A stretch of DNA of 64,000 bases from Candidatus Bathyarchaeota archaeon BA2 (GTDB taxonomy: Archaea > Thermoproteota > Bathyarchaeia > Bathyarchaeales > Bathyarchaeaceae): contig LIHK01000056.1 in NCBI GenBank assembly GCA_001399795.1, positions 5,773 through 69,772 of the forward strand, in the 5' to 3' direction. Both the position numbers and the translations under genes were made by a program. Below the pieces are notes generated by a model. That model made no database searches, was not told the DNA's origin, and saw nothing but the letters and a program-made list of their open reading frames with translations. Positions within the stretch are counted from its first letter, which is position 1. The number at the start of each line of letters is the position of its first letter. This document shows, in pieces, positions 45,470-55,244 of the stretch.

Positions 45470-46510
45470 TCATAAATCTTCAATTACGCTCTTAATTAGC
45501 ACTTCCATCTGGGAAACTAAGTTTTTGTTGGGTATGCTGGAGATGCTATTGCAAACTTCTTCAGCCAAGCGTTCGACTTCATTTCTAAACATTTCAACAT
45601 TCTCTTCCTCAAAGATGATATCAACTATTCTTTCTGCATCCTTGTCAGAAATTTCTCGTTTTGAAAGATAATCTAGTATGATTTTTTTGGTTTGGGGGTT
45701 CTTGAAAGCGTAAAGGATAGGAAGTGGCAAGCATTCATTCCTAACCCGGTTTTTGAGCTCCTCGGGTTCGAATACATCAATGAAATCTTCTCTTATGCTA
45801 ACCAGAATCCCCAATCCCCTGCCATAATTACCTATTAAATCAACAATATCTTGTTCTCCACCTCCTATAATGGCGCCAATACGCATATGGGCTTCGAAGG
45901 TTGAAGCTTTCATTTTCAGAATCTTGAAGCATTCTTCCGGGGAAATATCTATGTTGCCTTTTAAAGAAGCTTCGAGGGCCTCAGCGTCTCCCAGCTCAAA
46001 AAATCGACTATTAATTATGTTCCAGATAGCATTCATCTTTTCTGTAGAAAATTGTTTCTCTAATTTGTGAAGAAGAATTAGGGCCTTCATCAAAAAAGCG
46101 TCACCTACAAGAAGAGAAATATCTTTGCCAAACCTACCGAAAACAGTGGGCTTCCCATATTTTGTCTTTGACTCATCAATTATGTCATCATGTATATCAA
46201 GCGCGGCAGTTAGCAACAACATGACGACTTGTATCGGAATTGCCTTGTCTACACTACCCCCTGCTGCCTCACAAGCAATTGAAATTAGCCCAGGATGCAC
46301 AACATCGTTCCAATTTTTTACGTAATACATGAAGGCATCATTAATTTCTTTGCATTCCCTTTTTTCTTGCAGAATCTCTTTTTTTGCGATCTCTAGAGAT
46401 TTTTGACTTCTTTCTTCTAGTAACCTTTGAACTTGTTCAATTAACTTCTCTTTGGTTTTCACTTTGGTTTCCCCCAATTTTCTGTGTAACTCTATCCTAA
46501 CTACTAACAT
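45470..46510 (-). CDS. Polyprenyl synthetase family protein
   Basis: First Asp-rich motif DIHDDIIDES. The second motif is degenerate (IREDFID). Confidence 0.7.
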   Translation of the reverse strand: MLVVRIELHRKLGETKVKTKEKLIEQVQRLLEERSQKSLEIAKKEILQEKRECKEINDAFMYYVKNWNDVVHPGLISIACEAAGGSVDKAIPIQVVMLLLTAALDIHDDIIDESKTKYGKPTVFGRFGKDISLLVGDAFLMKALILLHKLEKQFSTEKMNAIWNIINSRFFELGDAEALEASLKGNIDISPEECFKILKMKASTFEAHMRIGAIIGGGEQDIVDLIGNYGRGLGILVSIREDFIDVFEPEELKNRVRNECLPLPILYAFKNPQTKKIILDYLSKREISDKDAERIVDIIFEEENVEMFRNEVERLAEEVCNSISSIPNKNLVSQMEVLIKSVIEDL

Positions 46511-46539
46511 TTATCGTTTAAATCAATTGGGCCTGCGTT

Positions 46540-47387
46540 CACGTCCTCTCTAATAGAAAAAGAAATCAAACGGGCGCGGGATTCTGTTAATAATTGTAAA
46601 GCTAACCTATTTTTCTTAAGATCTTTGACAAAACTACGAGCATTTCGGGCGATTTCCTGCATGAGTTGTTCTACATGCCTAAGTCCTCCAGCTCCATCAG
46701 TAGTCTCCTAAAATTATTCTGGCGTCTCTTTTTGTTATTGTTTTTTTGAAAAGAACAGAAGCCAGTTTAGACCCAGTTTTGGGGGCTCTGTAAAGCATAA
46801 ACCAAGGGTAGGGGCAGGCACTCTCTTTTAATTCTATGCGTAATTCTATGCGCAATCTCTTCAAAGTCAACCATATCCATCCAGTCATCTCTCAATATCA
46901 TGATCATGCCGAGAAGTCTACTCGCCGAAGGGCCTCAATCTCGTCTTTTTGTTCCGCCTCCTTCCTCAACTGCTTTGTGCAGTAGTGTAAAACCTTTGAA
47001 TAGAAGCGCGTCTCCGACGAGCAGCGCTATGCCTTTACTAAACTTGCCTAGAACTGTGAGGCGAGACCCTTTGACCTTTGATCGATCAATGATATCGTCG
47101 TGTATGTCTATGGCTCCGCTAATCAACGTCATAGGGATAGCTATTGGCGTAGTTATGTCAGGGTATCCTCCTACGGCTTCGCAGGCTAAGGAAAGCAGTG
47201 CTGGCCTGGCTAAGTCGTGCCAGTACTCGGTTATGAAGTATTTTAGGGCTTCGCGGGTCTCTTTGCATTCTATTTCTTCCTGTAGAACTTCATTTCTAGC
47301 CATTTCCAGGGCTTTTCTTCCCCTCTCCTCAAGAGTTTTTTGCAACTGCTCCATTAATTCTTCTTGGCTGGGCTGTTTTTGGTTCAT
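46540..47387 (-). pseudogene. Decayed tandem paralogue of the polyprenyl synthetase gene
   Basis: An intact-looking 150-aa N-terminal part (46935-47387, DIHDDIIDRS) ends prematurely. Further downstream, another frame still shows ...LISFSIREDVNA, matching the LVSIREDFID region of the intact copy. Confidence 0.6.
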
Positions 47388-47389
47388 GG

Positions 47390-47752
47390 CTAGACCTCTT
47401 TTATGTCCAGCCTTTGCAGTTGTTCCCTCAAGAAATCATAGTAGGAGTCAACGAGTTGTATTCCCTTTGGAGTGATCTCGTACACTTTCCTCACTCGTCC
47501 TCCCTTAGCCACTTTTCTGCTTCTAACAAAGCCTTTCTTTTCTAGTTGGTTGAGGAGGGGATATAGGGCGCCGTGTCTAAGCTTGATTCCGAAGAGCTTT
47601 TCTGTTTTCTTTATGATTTTGTAGCCCCACATGGGTTCTGTCTGGATGAGCCTGAGGACGAGGATGTCTAGAAAGTTTCTGCTTACCCGTTGAACAATTT
47701 CCTTTCTGAAGTTTTGGGGCAATTTTTCACTTTCCACGCCGGCCATATTCAT
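47390..47752 (-). CDS. PadR-family transcriptional regulator
   Basis: FLDILVLRLIQTEPMWGYKI...HGALYPLLNQLEKKGFV...VRKVYEITPKG. Confidence 0.8.
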   Translation of the reverse strand: MNMAGVESEKLPQNFRKEIVQRVSRNFLDILVLRLIQTEPMWGYKIIKKTEKLFGIKLRHGALYPLLNQLEKKGFVRSRKVAKGGRVRKVYEITPKGIQLVDSYYDFLREQLQRLDIKEV

Positions 47753-47956
47753 GGATAGGAGAATTTGGCTTATTTAGGTTATCTAGGCTTTTATGTGGGC
47801 TTAATATGTTTGAATATGCTTTTCTATGCCTTTTGGTCGCACGAACCTTTATATTCTCGTTTACTCTATATAAAGTCCTAATATGTCAAAAATAAGACAT
47901 ATTGTACATGAGTAGAACATGCAAACTGTTGGGCAGAAATACATGAGGGAAATGGA

Positions 47957-48361
47957 TTGAGACAAAAATTGCGGGAGGTCCAGATCAAATTCATGAGGGG
48001 CCTCCTAGACCTCGTGGTCCTTCAGTTCTTGAAGGTGGAGCCCATGCATGGATACCAGATAATCACTAATATTCGCAGGAATTTCGGGGTTTATTTTGGT
48101 CCCGGCACCATCTATCCCCTGTTAGGGGCCTTGGAAGAGAAGGGTTACATTAGGAGTCGGTGGGACTTAGAGAACGACAGACCAAGAAAGGTTTATTCTT
48201 TGACGCCTGAAGGTCAGGGCCTGCTAAACGGCACAGAAGAATCCTTGAATCACATTTGTCGCAGGCTTAACACCATAGGCTTGAACAGACTATACGCCGA
48301 CAATCATAATGGCGTTCTGAAAAGCCGCAACCAATACCTTAAAGACCTTAAGAAACACTAG
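47957..48361 (+). CDS. PadR-family transcriptional regulator
   Basis: LLDLVVLQFLKVEPMHGYQI...PGTIYPLLGALEEKGYI...PRKVYSLTPEG. Confidence 0.8.
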   Translation: MRQKLREVQIKFMRGLLDLVVLQFLKVEPMHGYQIITNIRRNFGVYFGPGTIYPLLGALEEKGYIRSRWDLENDRPRKVYSLTPEGQGLLNGTEESLNHICRRLNTIGLNRLYADNHNGVLKSRNQYLKDLKKH

Positions 48362-48467
48362 GCATCCCAGCAGCATCAGCGGCCATCCATGCATGGCTTA
48401 GAACTCCCCTTGCCCATGTTTATTCAATTTTTGATATATTGTGGTTTATGATATATGCTGCTTGCCT

Positions 48468-48610
48468 CTGTAGATAGACCACCCTATCTAGACTGGGTAT
48501 ATACTATCAACATGGAAGTTGGGAGTTGCGGTTTATGCCCTCTGTGTAGATAGATCCCCCCTAGTTTTTCTTTATATAGTCGTAACATTCTTCGGTGCGT
48601 TTGCGGCACA
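48468..48610 (+). repeat. Two tandem units of the dispersed intergenic repeat family
   Basis: CTGTAGATAGACCACCCTATCTAGACTGGGTATATACTATCAACATGGAAG is followed about 73 nt later by CTGTGTAGATAGATCCCCCCTAGTTTTTCTTTATATAGTCGTAACATTCTTCGGTGCGTTTGCGGCAC. Confidence 0.8.
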
Positions 48611-48734
48611 TACCTCTTCCTCTAGGCTTTTTGAGGGTTTGTTTGGATGAAAAGGAAAGGTTAAGGTGTTGCTGATGAGTTTTTGGGTCGGTTAAAGATA
48701 ATATTCATGCAAACACCCCTATACATAAGCACAG

Positions 48735-50087
48735 GTGAACTTCTTGGAAGAATCCGACATCCTAATCCACAACTGCACAATCCTACCCATGGACAACAGA
48801 GAACCCATAAAAGAAGGCTTAATCGCCATAAAAAACGGAACCATAACCTACGCAGGTAGAGAAGCCAAAGCACCGCGAATGAGGGCTGAAGAGATCATAG
48901 ACGGTCGCGGAAAAGTAGCTATGCCCGGCCTAGTTAACTGTCACACCCACTTGGCTATGACCCTTTTCCGTGGAATAGCAGAAGATCAGCCGCTTCAAAA
49001 ATGGCTGAAACAAACTATATGGCCTCTAGAAGCAAAACTGAAACCACGCGATGTCTACGACGGCGCCCTACTGGGCTGCCTAGAAATGATAAAAAGCGGC
49101 ACCACAACCTTCGCAGACATGTACTTCCACGAAGATCAGGTGGCGAAGGCCGTAGAAAAAGTTGGTCTAAGAGCGGTTCTGGCCCAAGGAATTTTGGAAG
49201 CAGGTGTTCTTAGCCTAGGAGAAAAAATGCTACGCGAAAGCGTAAACTTCGCAAAAAAATACAATGGATACGCAGACAGAAGAGTCACCGCTCAACTGGG
49301 ACCTCATACCCTCTACACTTGCGGTTCTTCTCTCCTAAGGAAAGTACGAGAAAAGGCCACGGAACTCAAGGTGGGAATCCACATCCACCTAGCAGAGTCA
49401 GAAGAAACCGTGAACCTAACCAAACAGAAATACGGCCTCCATGAGATTGAACTTCTAGAAAAAATAGGCTTCTTGGGTCCAGATGTCCTAGCCGCCCACT
49501 GCACCCACCTAGCCAAGAAGGAAATGCGAACCATGGCCAAACACGATGTCAAAGTCGTCTACAACCCGGTTGCCAACACGAAACTCGCCCAAGGCACAGC
49601 AAGAATCAAAGACCTTATGGACCTAGGCATAACCGTGGGCATAGGAACAGACGGACCAGCCAGCAACAACAACCTAGACATGTTTGAATCCATGAAAATT
49701 GCGGCTCTCCTCCAAAAACAATTTTACAAGGACCCGACGGTTATGCCAGCCCAGACAGCACTGAAAATGGCAACAATAGATGGCGCCAGAGTAGTAGGAC
49801 TGGAAAAAACGGTTGGAACTCTAGAAGCCGGCAAGAAGGCAGACATCATCCTCGTAGACTTTAGAAAGCCTCACCTTACACCAGTTCATGACCCTTACGC
49901 CAACATGGTCTACTCGGCGCGTGGAAGCGATGTGGATACGGTTGTAGTAGACGGAAAAGTACTTATGGAAAACAGAAGAGTGAAAACCCTAGATGAAGAG
50001 GAAGTCATGTTAGAGGCTCAAAAAACTGCCATAGACTTAATAAAACGCAAGGCTCCCGTTTTCAAGTTTATTAAGAACTTCACATAA
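48735..50087 (+). CDS. mtaD: 5'-methylthioadenosine/S-adenosylhomocysteine deaminase (amidohydrolase)
   Basis: PGLVNCHTHLAMTLFRG...QKWL..., HIHLAES, and GTDG motifs. GTG start. Confidence 0.8.
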   Translation: MNFLEESDILIHNCTILPMDNREPIKEGLIAIKNGTITYAGREAKAPRMRAEEIIDGRGKVAMPGLVNCHTHLAMTLFRGIAEDQPLQKWLKQTIWPLEAKLKPRDVYDGALLGCLEMIKSGTTTFADMYFHEDQVAKAVEKVGLRAVLAQGILEAGVLSLGEKMLRESVNFAKKYNGYADRRVTAQLGPHTLYTCGSSLLRKVREKATELKVGIHIHLAESEETVNLTKQKYGLHEIELLEKIGFLGPDVLAAHCTHLAKKEMRTMAKHDVKVVYNPVANTKLAQGTARIKDLMDLGITVGIGTDGPASNNNLDMFESMKIAALLQKQFYKDPTVMPAQTALKMATIDGARVVGLEKTVGTLEAGKKADIILVDFRKPHLTPVHDPYANMVYSARGSDVDTVVVDGKVLMENRRVKTLDEEEVMLEAQKTAIDLIKRKAPVFKFIKNFT

Positions 50088-50113
50088 ACAATTCCATAAC
50101 ATGGTAAAAAGCT

Positions 50114-50750
50114 TTGTCGTCCCGATCAGTCATAACGGTTTCAAAGCTTACAAAATTCTACGGCGACCTCAAAGCGTTGGACTTAACCTCATTCGCAGTG
50201 GAAAAGGGCGGGTCTACGCTATCTAGTCCCAAATGGAGTATGGAAAACCACAACCACAAGAACCATGCTTGGTCTCCTAACCAGACCAAGGGGAAGTCCA
50301 AATAACAGACATCAGCCCAACTAAAGACCCGGTTCAAGCACTTCAAAGCCTAGGATACGCCCCGGAACTGCCGACCCGCAAACCTTTTTCACCGGAGAGC
50401 AGTTGCTAAATTTTATGGATTTTATGGGAAAATGTTTGGGTTGGCTGCGCAGGCTGGGAAGGAGAAGATTAAACAACTCCTTGATCTCGTTGGCTTGAAA
50501 GAGTGGGAAGACAAAAATTGGAAAGTATAGCAAGGGGATGGTTCAGAGACCCTTGGAAGCCACAGCTCACTTCGGAAACCTCTTCACAAACCTTTCAAAA
50601 CAAGGAAAAATAGTCTTTATTTCATCCCGCCTCCTAGAAGTTTAACGAATTTGCACCCATGAGGAATAAACAAAGGCAAAATGTTCTTCGACGGTCAGAT
50701 GACGCAAGTGTTGAAGTTTTCACCAAACAATGGATTATAAAAAGCAGAAC
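50114..50750 (+). pseudogene. ABC transporter ATP-binding protein pseudogene
   Basis: ITVSKLTKFYGDLKALDLTSFAVEKG, then frame changes (..TMLGLLTRPRG.., ..YSKGMVQR.., ..INKGKMFFDGQMTQVLKF). The Walker A region is corrupted. Confidence 0.7.
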
Positions 50751-50891
50751 TGAAAAAAGTAACAAAGAGAATGATTTCCCTTAAAAAGCGAAATGAAAAA
50801 TTATGGTATACAAGGTTTTTCATTCGATACTAGCAAACTTTAATAACAACTTTTGATAAAAATAACGGCATCCTAATGGCGTAATTGTGAG

Positions 50892-51659
50892 GTGAAGAAA
50901 ATGAGTGTTCCAACTGAGAATTTAAGGAGAGATGTCCGAATGCGTGATGAATCGGATCCAATAATGTCCACCGCATGGATCCTCGTCTACTTGATACCAG
51001 TTTTCGCTATAATTACAGCAATTCTTACAATCTTTTACGCTGTATTTGCGGCGGCGACGACACCTTGGATTGTACCTGCTTTGCCCTTACTGGCAGTATT
51101 GACTACCATATTTGGGTTCATTGTGTCTATAATACTCACATACAAACTCGTTAAGAGGCGCAACACACACTTCAAGAGACAGACGTTTTTATCTGAAGAT
51201 GCTGTAACCGCAGTTAAAACCATAGCGGCAAAAAAGGGTGTTGACGTAGAAGTCAGTTTGTCGTCCGTTAAGAGAACCGTGAGAGAAGCCAAAGCCGAGG
51301 AAACCGAAAAGAGCGCAGTACTTTGGGCTATTTTGTCCGCGATCATATTTCTTGCGCAATGGTATGTCTGCTACTTTCTGATGAAAGACTTCTACAAGCA
51401 TGAGAGAAGGGAGGAAGGCTTTTGGGAAGACCTCAGCAGGACGCTAGACAAGTGTGGTATCACGTTTTCCGTGCCGAGAAGAACAGAGACCATACCTAAC
51501 AGAAGCTTTATTCTATATCTAATTCTGACAATAATAACTGTGGGCTTATTTGGGATATACTGGCTTTACGTCCTGTTGAAAGATCCCAATGAACACTTCA
51601 AATATCACATACAAATAGAAGACCAGTTATTGAGTACTGTGGAATCTATTGCAATCTAG
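50892..51659 (+). CDS. DUF4234-like membrane protein
   Basis: Transmembrane helices plus a C-terminal GLFGIYWLYVLLKD motif. Confidence 0.5.
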   Translation: MKKMSVPTENLRRDVRMRDESDPIMSTAWILVYLIPVFAIITAILTIFYAVFAAATTPWIVPALPLLAVLTTIFGFIVSIILTYKLVKRRNTHFKRQTFLSEDAVTAVKTIAAKKGVDVEVSLSSVKRTVREAKAEETEKSAVLWAILSAIIFLAQWYVCYFLMKDFYKHERREEGFWEDLSRTLDKCGITFSVPRRTETIPNRSFILYLILTIITVGLFGIYWLYVLLKDPNEHFKYHIQIEDQLLSTVESIAI

Positions 51660-51771
51660 AAAATTCCTGTGCTGCCACTAACCCTTCTTTTTTTCACTTG
51701 TTCCGTAGCAGTTTTGCCCTCTGATCATAAAATTCTTTGTAAACGTCAAATGCAAATGTCTAATGTTTTTT

Positions 51772-52518
51772 CTACATTCCAAGTAGGTATGGAGTAATGT
51801 ACGTCTCTACATAAGCTGCTATCATGAAAAGTATCACGGATGCTACCGCAAGAATTAGGGTGTCTTTTACGCCCTGTTTAAACCTAGTGCTCTCCACTTT
51901 TTCCCCTGTTATCTTCGCCATCATTACATCAATCGTTGTTACGTGCCAGCGTATTATAGAAGCAAATTGGAGTATGAATGCTGGTATTTCGAGTATGCCA
52001 TGAGGCGTCAGTCCTACGATTGGATAAAATATGCCGTGAGTTATTCCAGTCATAACGGCTACTATCCCTATTACCCCTCCGTTAAGCAGGTGCTCTAAAC
52101 CCAGGATGAATGTACCCAGCAAAGGTATCCAAACAAGCATCTTAGGCGGGTTCCAGAAATGACCTACGTTGTTTAGAAAAATGTAAAAATAGAGGTTTTC
52201 AGTGAATGGAGGTGGAATAGCTATGTAACGTCTTTCAGACTGTGCCACAGACCTGAACCAGTCTGATAGCCATGGAGCCATAGAGAAAACAAGAACCGTT
52301 GAAAGCATTGAGAGCAATATTATCGTAAAGAAAGCTAGAGCTGTTGTCTTAATTATCAGTTTGTTTCGTTGAATACAGGATTTAAATGTCTCTTTGGCTT
52401 TTTTGAAGAATAGTTTCAAATGCAAACATGACATCTTCCATAATTCTAATGGCTGTTGTTGATTAAAAATTCTTTGTCGGGGCAATAACCTTCCGTCGAT
52501 TTTCTGCGCGGAGTTCAA
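51772..52518 (-). CDS. SpoIIM/DUF95-like membrane protein
   Basis: Multi-pass membrane protein with the GILEIPAFIL segment typical of the family. Confidence 0.55.
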   Translation of the reverse strand: MNSAQKIDGRLLPRQRIFNQQQPLELWKMSCLHLKLFFKKAKETFKSCIQRNKLIIKTTALAFFTIILLSMLSTVLVFSMAPWLSDWFRSVAQSERRYIAIPPPFTENLYFYIFLNNVGHFWNPPKMLVWIPLLGTFILGLEHLLNGGVIGIVAVMTGITHGIFYPIVGLTPHGILEIPAFILQFASIIRWHVTTIDVMMAKITGEKVESTRFKQGVKDTLILAVASVILFMIAAYVETYITPYLLGM

Positions 52519-52733
52519 GAGCTTTCAACATTCTCTTGATCGTCATTTCTTATCTTAAATGTCTCTTGGACACGTGTTTCCTCTCTTTTCAACCCAACCG
52601 TTATATGAATGCACGCGTCTCCAGTCGTCATCCTTCATAACAAAGATGTCCCTAAAAGGACTGTTAAGGAAGAAAAGTGTTATAAATAATTGAAACAACA
52701 GTAACCTGAAACTCAAGTGGGAGAAGTGGAATT

Positions 52734-53288
52734 TTGAAAATAAACTATATCGGCGTTGTGGCGACCGTTATAGCATTCATCAGCTTGGCGTTGCCTTGGT
52801 GGACGATGACAACGTCAGCTGAAGCCATTGGAATAAAAGTGAGCGCGGATGTTTCGGTATATCCACACCAAGCAAGGGCGTCGGCGATGGGAGTAGCACG
52901 GACCGTTGCTATGGAACTTTGGTTTGGTTGGGTAGCTCTCGCTCTCATCGTCATAGCCGGCGTCACGGGAATAGTGGGCAGCGTAATAATCGGAAAAACT
53001 GGAAAAATGATCCTTATTGTCGCTGGGATACTCACATTGCTTTTCATTTTAATCTTTGCAGCAGGTTTACAAAATGAGCTTTCAAAGGCGGCGCCAGTGC
53101 CAGGTCTTCCAACGGTAGGTCTGTTCTCCAGTGGTTCTTGGACTTTCATGGGAACAACGATGGATTACTCAACTTATCTATCCTTTGGCTTTTGGCTGGC
53201 ATTAGTTGCTGCTATCATAGCCTTCATTTCATTACTAAAGCATCTCATGGCTCCACCAGAAGCTCCGCCGACACCAAAGTCCCGATAA
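52734..53288 (+). CDS. Hypothetical membrane protein
   Basis: 184 aa with about 5 hydrophobic helices. Confidence 0.5.
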   Translation: MKINYIGVVATVIAFISLALPWWTMTTSAEAIGIKVSADVSVYPHQARASAMGVARTVAMELWFGWVALALIVIAGVTGIVGSVIIGKTGKMILIVAGILTLLFILIFAAGLQNELSKAAPVPGLPTVGLFSSGSWTFMGTTMDYSTYLSFGFWLALVAAIIAFISLLKHLMAPPEAPPTPKSR

Positions 53289-53421
53289 ACCGCCCAACCC
53301 TCCATTTTTCTCAACCCATCCAGTTCTTTCTAATATCTAGATTTCGATTCTTTGCAAAAGATTTACGTTACACTTCAGGTGTCCTTTAAGGAAATCGAAA
53401 GTGACCAATTGAAAGTTAAGT

Positions 53422-55200
53422 ATGAAAGCAAAGCAACCTAAGGATATTTATAAACATGATCAGCAGACAGTTATTCGAGGAGACAAAGAGCGTACTGGAA
53501 ATGAAATTATGGCTCTCTTAAACGAAAATTTGAAAGAAACTGTTTCAGACATCTGCATGCGTATCGCTGCCTCTCACAAAAGCCAGGTCATTGCCGCATG
53601 TTTTTACGGTTCTAGGGTTTGTGGGTACGCTGAAACCAAAAGCGACGTACATGTTTTATTGGTGTTGAGCAATTACAGTCCTGGGTTAAGGGGTTACCTC
53701 CAACCATTGAACGGGATCAACGTTTTCATTTTGGCAACAAGTCAGGTAGCCTTTGAAAGAGATGTGAAGCAGGGGTGGCTGGGCGAGTTTGTTGCCCAAA
53801 ACGTGACGGTTCCGTATGAACCTTTCATTAATAAGGAATATTTGCAGCGTCAAGAAGTGAAGATGAAAAGAAGGATAGTTTGGGAGCTTTTAGAAAACAT
53901 AGTTTCAGAATTTCCAGAGTTATCCCATGGACTTCTCATTAAGGCGGAATACTTCATGTATGAAGCCATGATGCGGCGGGCTCGACTGTTTCCATTAATA
54001 ACCTACACCCTTCTTAACATGTTAAGGCGAGACCTGAAAAGGAAAAACGTGGAATCTATGATGAAGGGATACATAAAAGCCCTTAATGAACTGGCGGAAG
54101 AAAATTGGATAACCTATTTCCATGGGCACATCAAGATTAAACGAAAATTTATCGATGCGGTCAGACGCCGGAAACCTCGGCTTCCATTTTTTGTCAAGTC
54201 TGTCCAGAGGGCAGCGTTCCTCCACATTCTCAGCGCTCTCCCAAAAATGATGAATCCCCTCATGGAGGACCAGAAAATCTTCATGAAGGCGCACCGAGGG
54301 GTTAAAGCTGAGGAACCAGTTTTTCAACTTGAAGAACCCAAAAAATACTTGTTGATGCCAACGCCTCTTGGACCCGTGGCACTTTCAGACAAGTCCGCCA
54401 TCGAAGATTTTGTGGGGAAAACTGTTCCGGGCGGAAAGGCTTTGGATATGAAAATTGATGAGATAGGGGGAGTCTTAAACGACGTTTACCTGCTAAGGCT
54501 TAGAAGAAATAACAGGGAACAGAAAGTTGTAGTGAAGAAATTTAGGGACTGGTCTGGCTTTAAATGGCTTCCCCTAGCGTTGTGGACCTTGGGCACCAAA
54601 ACCCTTGCGGTGCTTGGAAGATCTAGGCTGGAAAGGGAATATGCCATAAACCAGTTTCTGCACAGCCAAGGATTTCCTGTTCCTGAGGTTCTTCACGTTA
54701 GTCCTCGAGAACGCATGATTTTTGAAGAGTTCATTGAAGGAGAAAAAATGGTCAAGATCATAAAGCGAATTATTTCATCTAGGAAGGCCGTAAAAGAGGC
54801 CGCTCTTGTGAAAGAGGTGGGGAGAAAAATCGCCGAGGCCCACAGGCTTGGTGTTGTTCTAGGGGATTGCAAACCGGAAAACATTATTGTGACAAAAGAC
54901 GGAAAAACTTTCTTCGTTGACCTTGAGCAGGCGGCGAGGGACGAAAATCAAGCTTGGGACGTAGCTGAATTCTTATACTATTCTGGTCACCACGTTCCTC
55001 TAATATCCTCTGTTGAACCCGCGAAAATCATAGCCAAAAATTTTATTGAAGGATACTTAGAAGCTGGAGGGAGGAAAGAAACCGTGAAGAAGGCTGGATC
55101 AGCACGGTACGCAAAGGTGTTCAGCGTTTTCACCCCACCGCATGTTCTTATGGCCATTTCTAACTTTTGCCAAACAATGGGGAAAGAATTAGAAAATTAG
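53422..55200 (+). CDS. Fusion protein: N-terminal nucleotidyltransferase-like region plus a C-terminal Bud32/RIO/Kdo-type atypical kinase domain
   Basis: N-terminal FYGSRVCGYAETKSDVHVLLVL (GS...D.H, where the second carboxylate is replaced). C-terminal VVVKKF (beta-3 Lys), catalytic GDCKPENIIV, and FFVDLEQA (DFG-like DLE). Confidence 0.6.
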   Translation: MKAKQPKDIYKHDQQTVIRGDKERTGNEIMALLNENLKETVSDICMRIAASHKSQVIAACFYGSRVCGYAETKSDVHVLLVLSNYSPGLRGYLQPLNGINVFILATSQVAFERDVKQGWLGEFVAQNVTVPYEPFINKEYLQRQEVKMKRRIVWELLENIVSEFPELSHGLLIKAEYFMYEAMMRRARLFPLITYTLLNMLRRDLKRKNVESMMKGYIKALNELAEENWITYFHGHIKIKRKFIDAVRRRKPRLPFFVKSVQRAAFLHILSALPKMMNPLMEDQKIFMKAHRGVKAEEPVFQLEEPKKYLLMPTPLGPVALSDKSAIEDFVGKTVPGGKALDMKIDEIGGVLNDVYLLRLRRNNREQKVVVKKFRDWSGFKWLPLALWTLGTKTLAVLGRSRLEREYAINQFLHSQGFPVPEVLHVSPRERMIFEEFIEGEKMVKIIKRIISSRKAVKEAALVKEVGRKIAEAHRLGVVLGDCKPENIIVTKDGKTFFVDLEQAARDENQAWDVAEFLYYSGHHVPLISSVEPAKIIAKNFIEGYLEAGGRKETVKKAGSARYAKVFSVFTPPHVLMAISNFCQTMGKELEN

Positions 55201-55244
55201 AGTCTATGATAAAATTATGGGACATAGTTAACGAGGAAGTGAGG

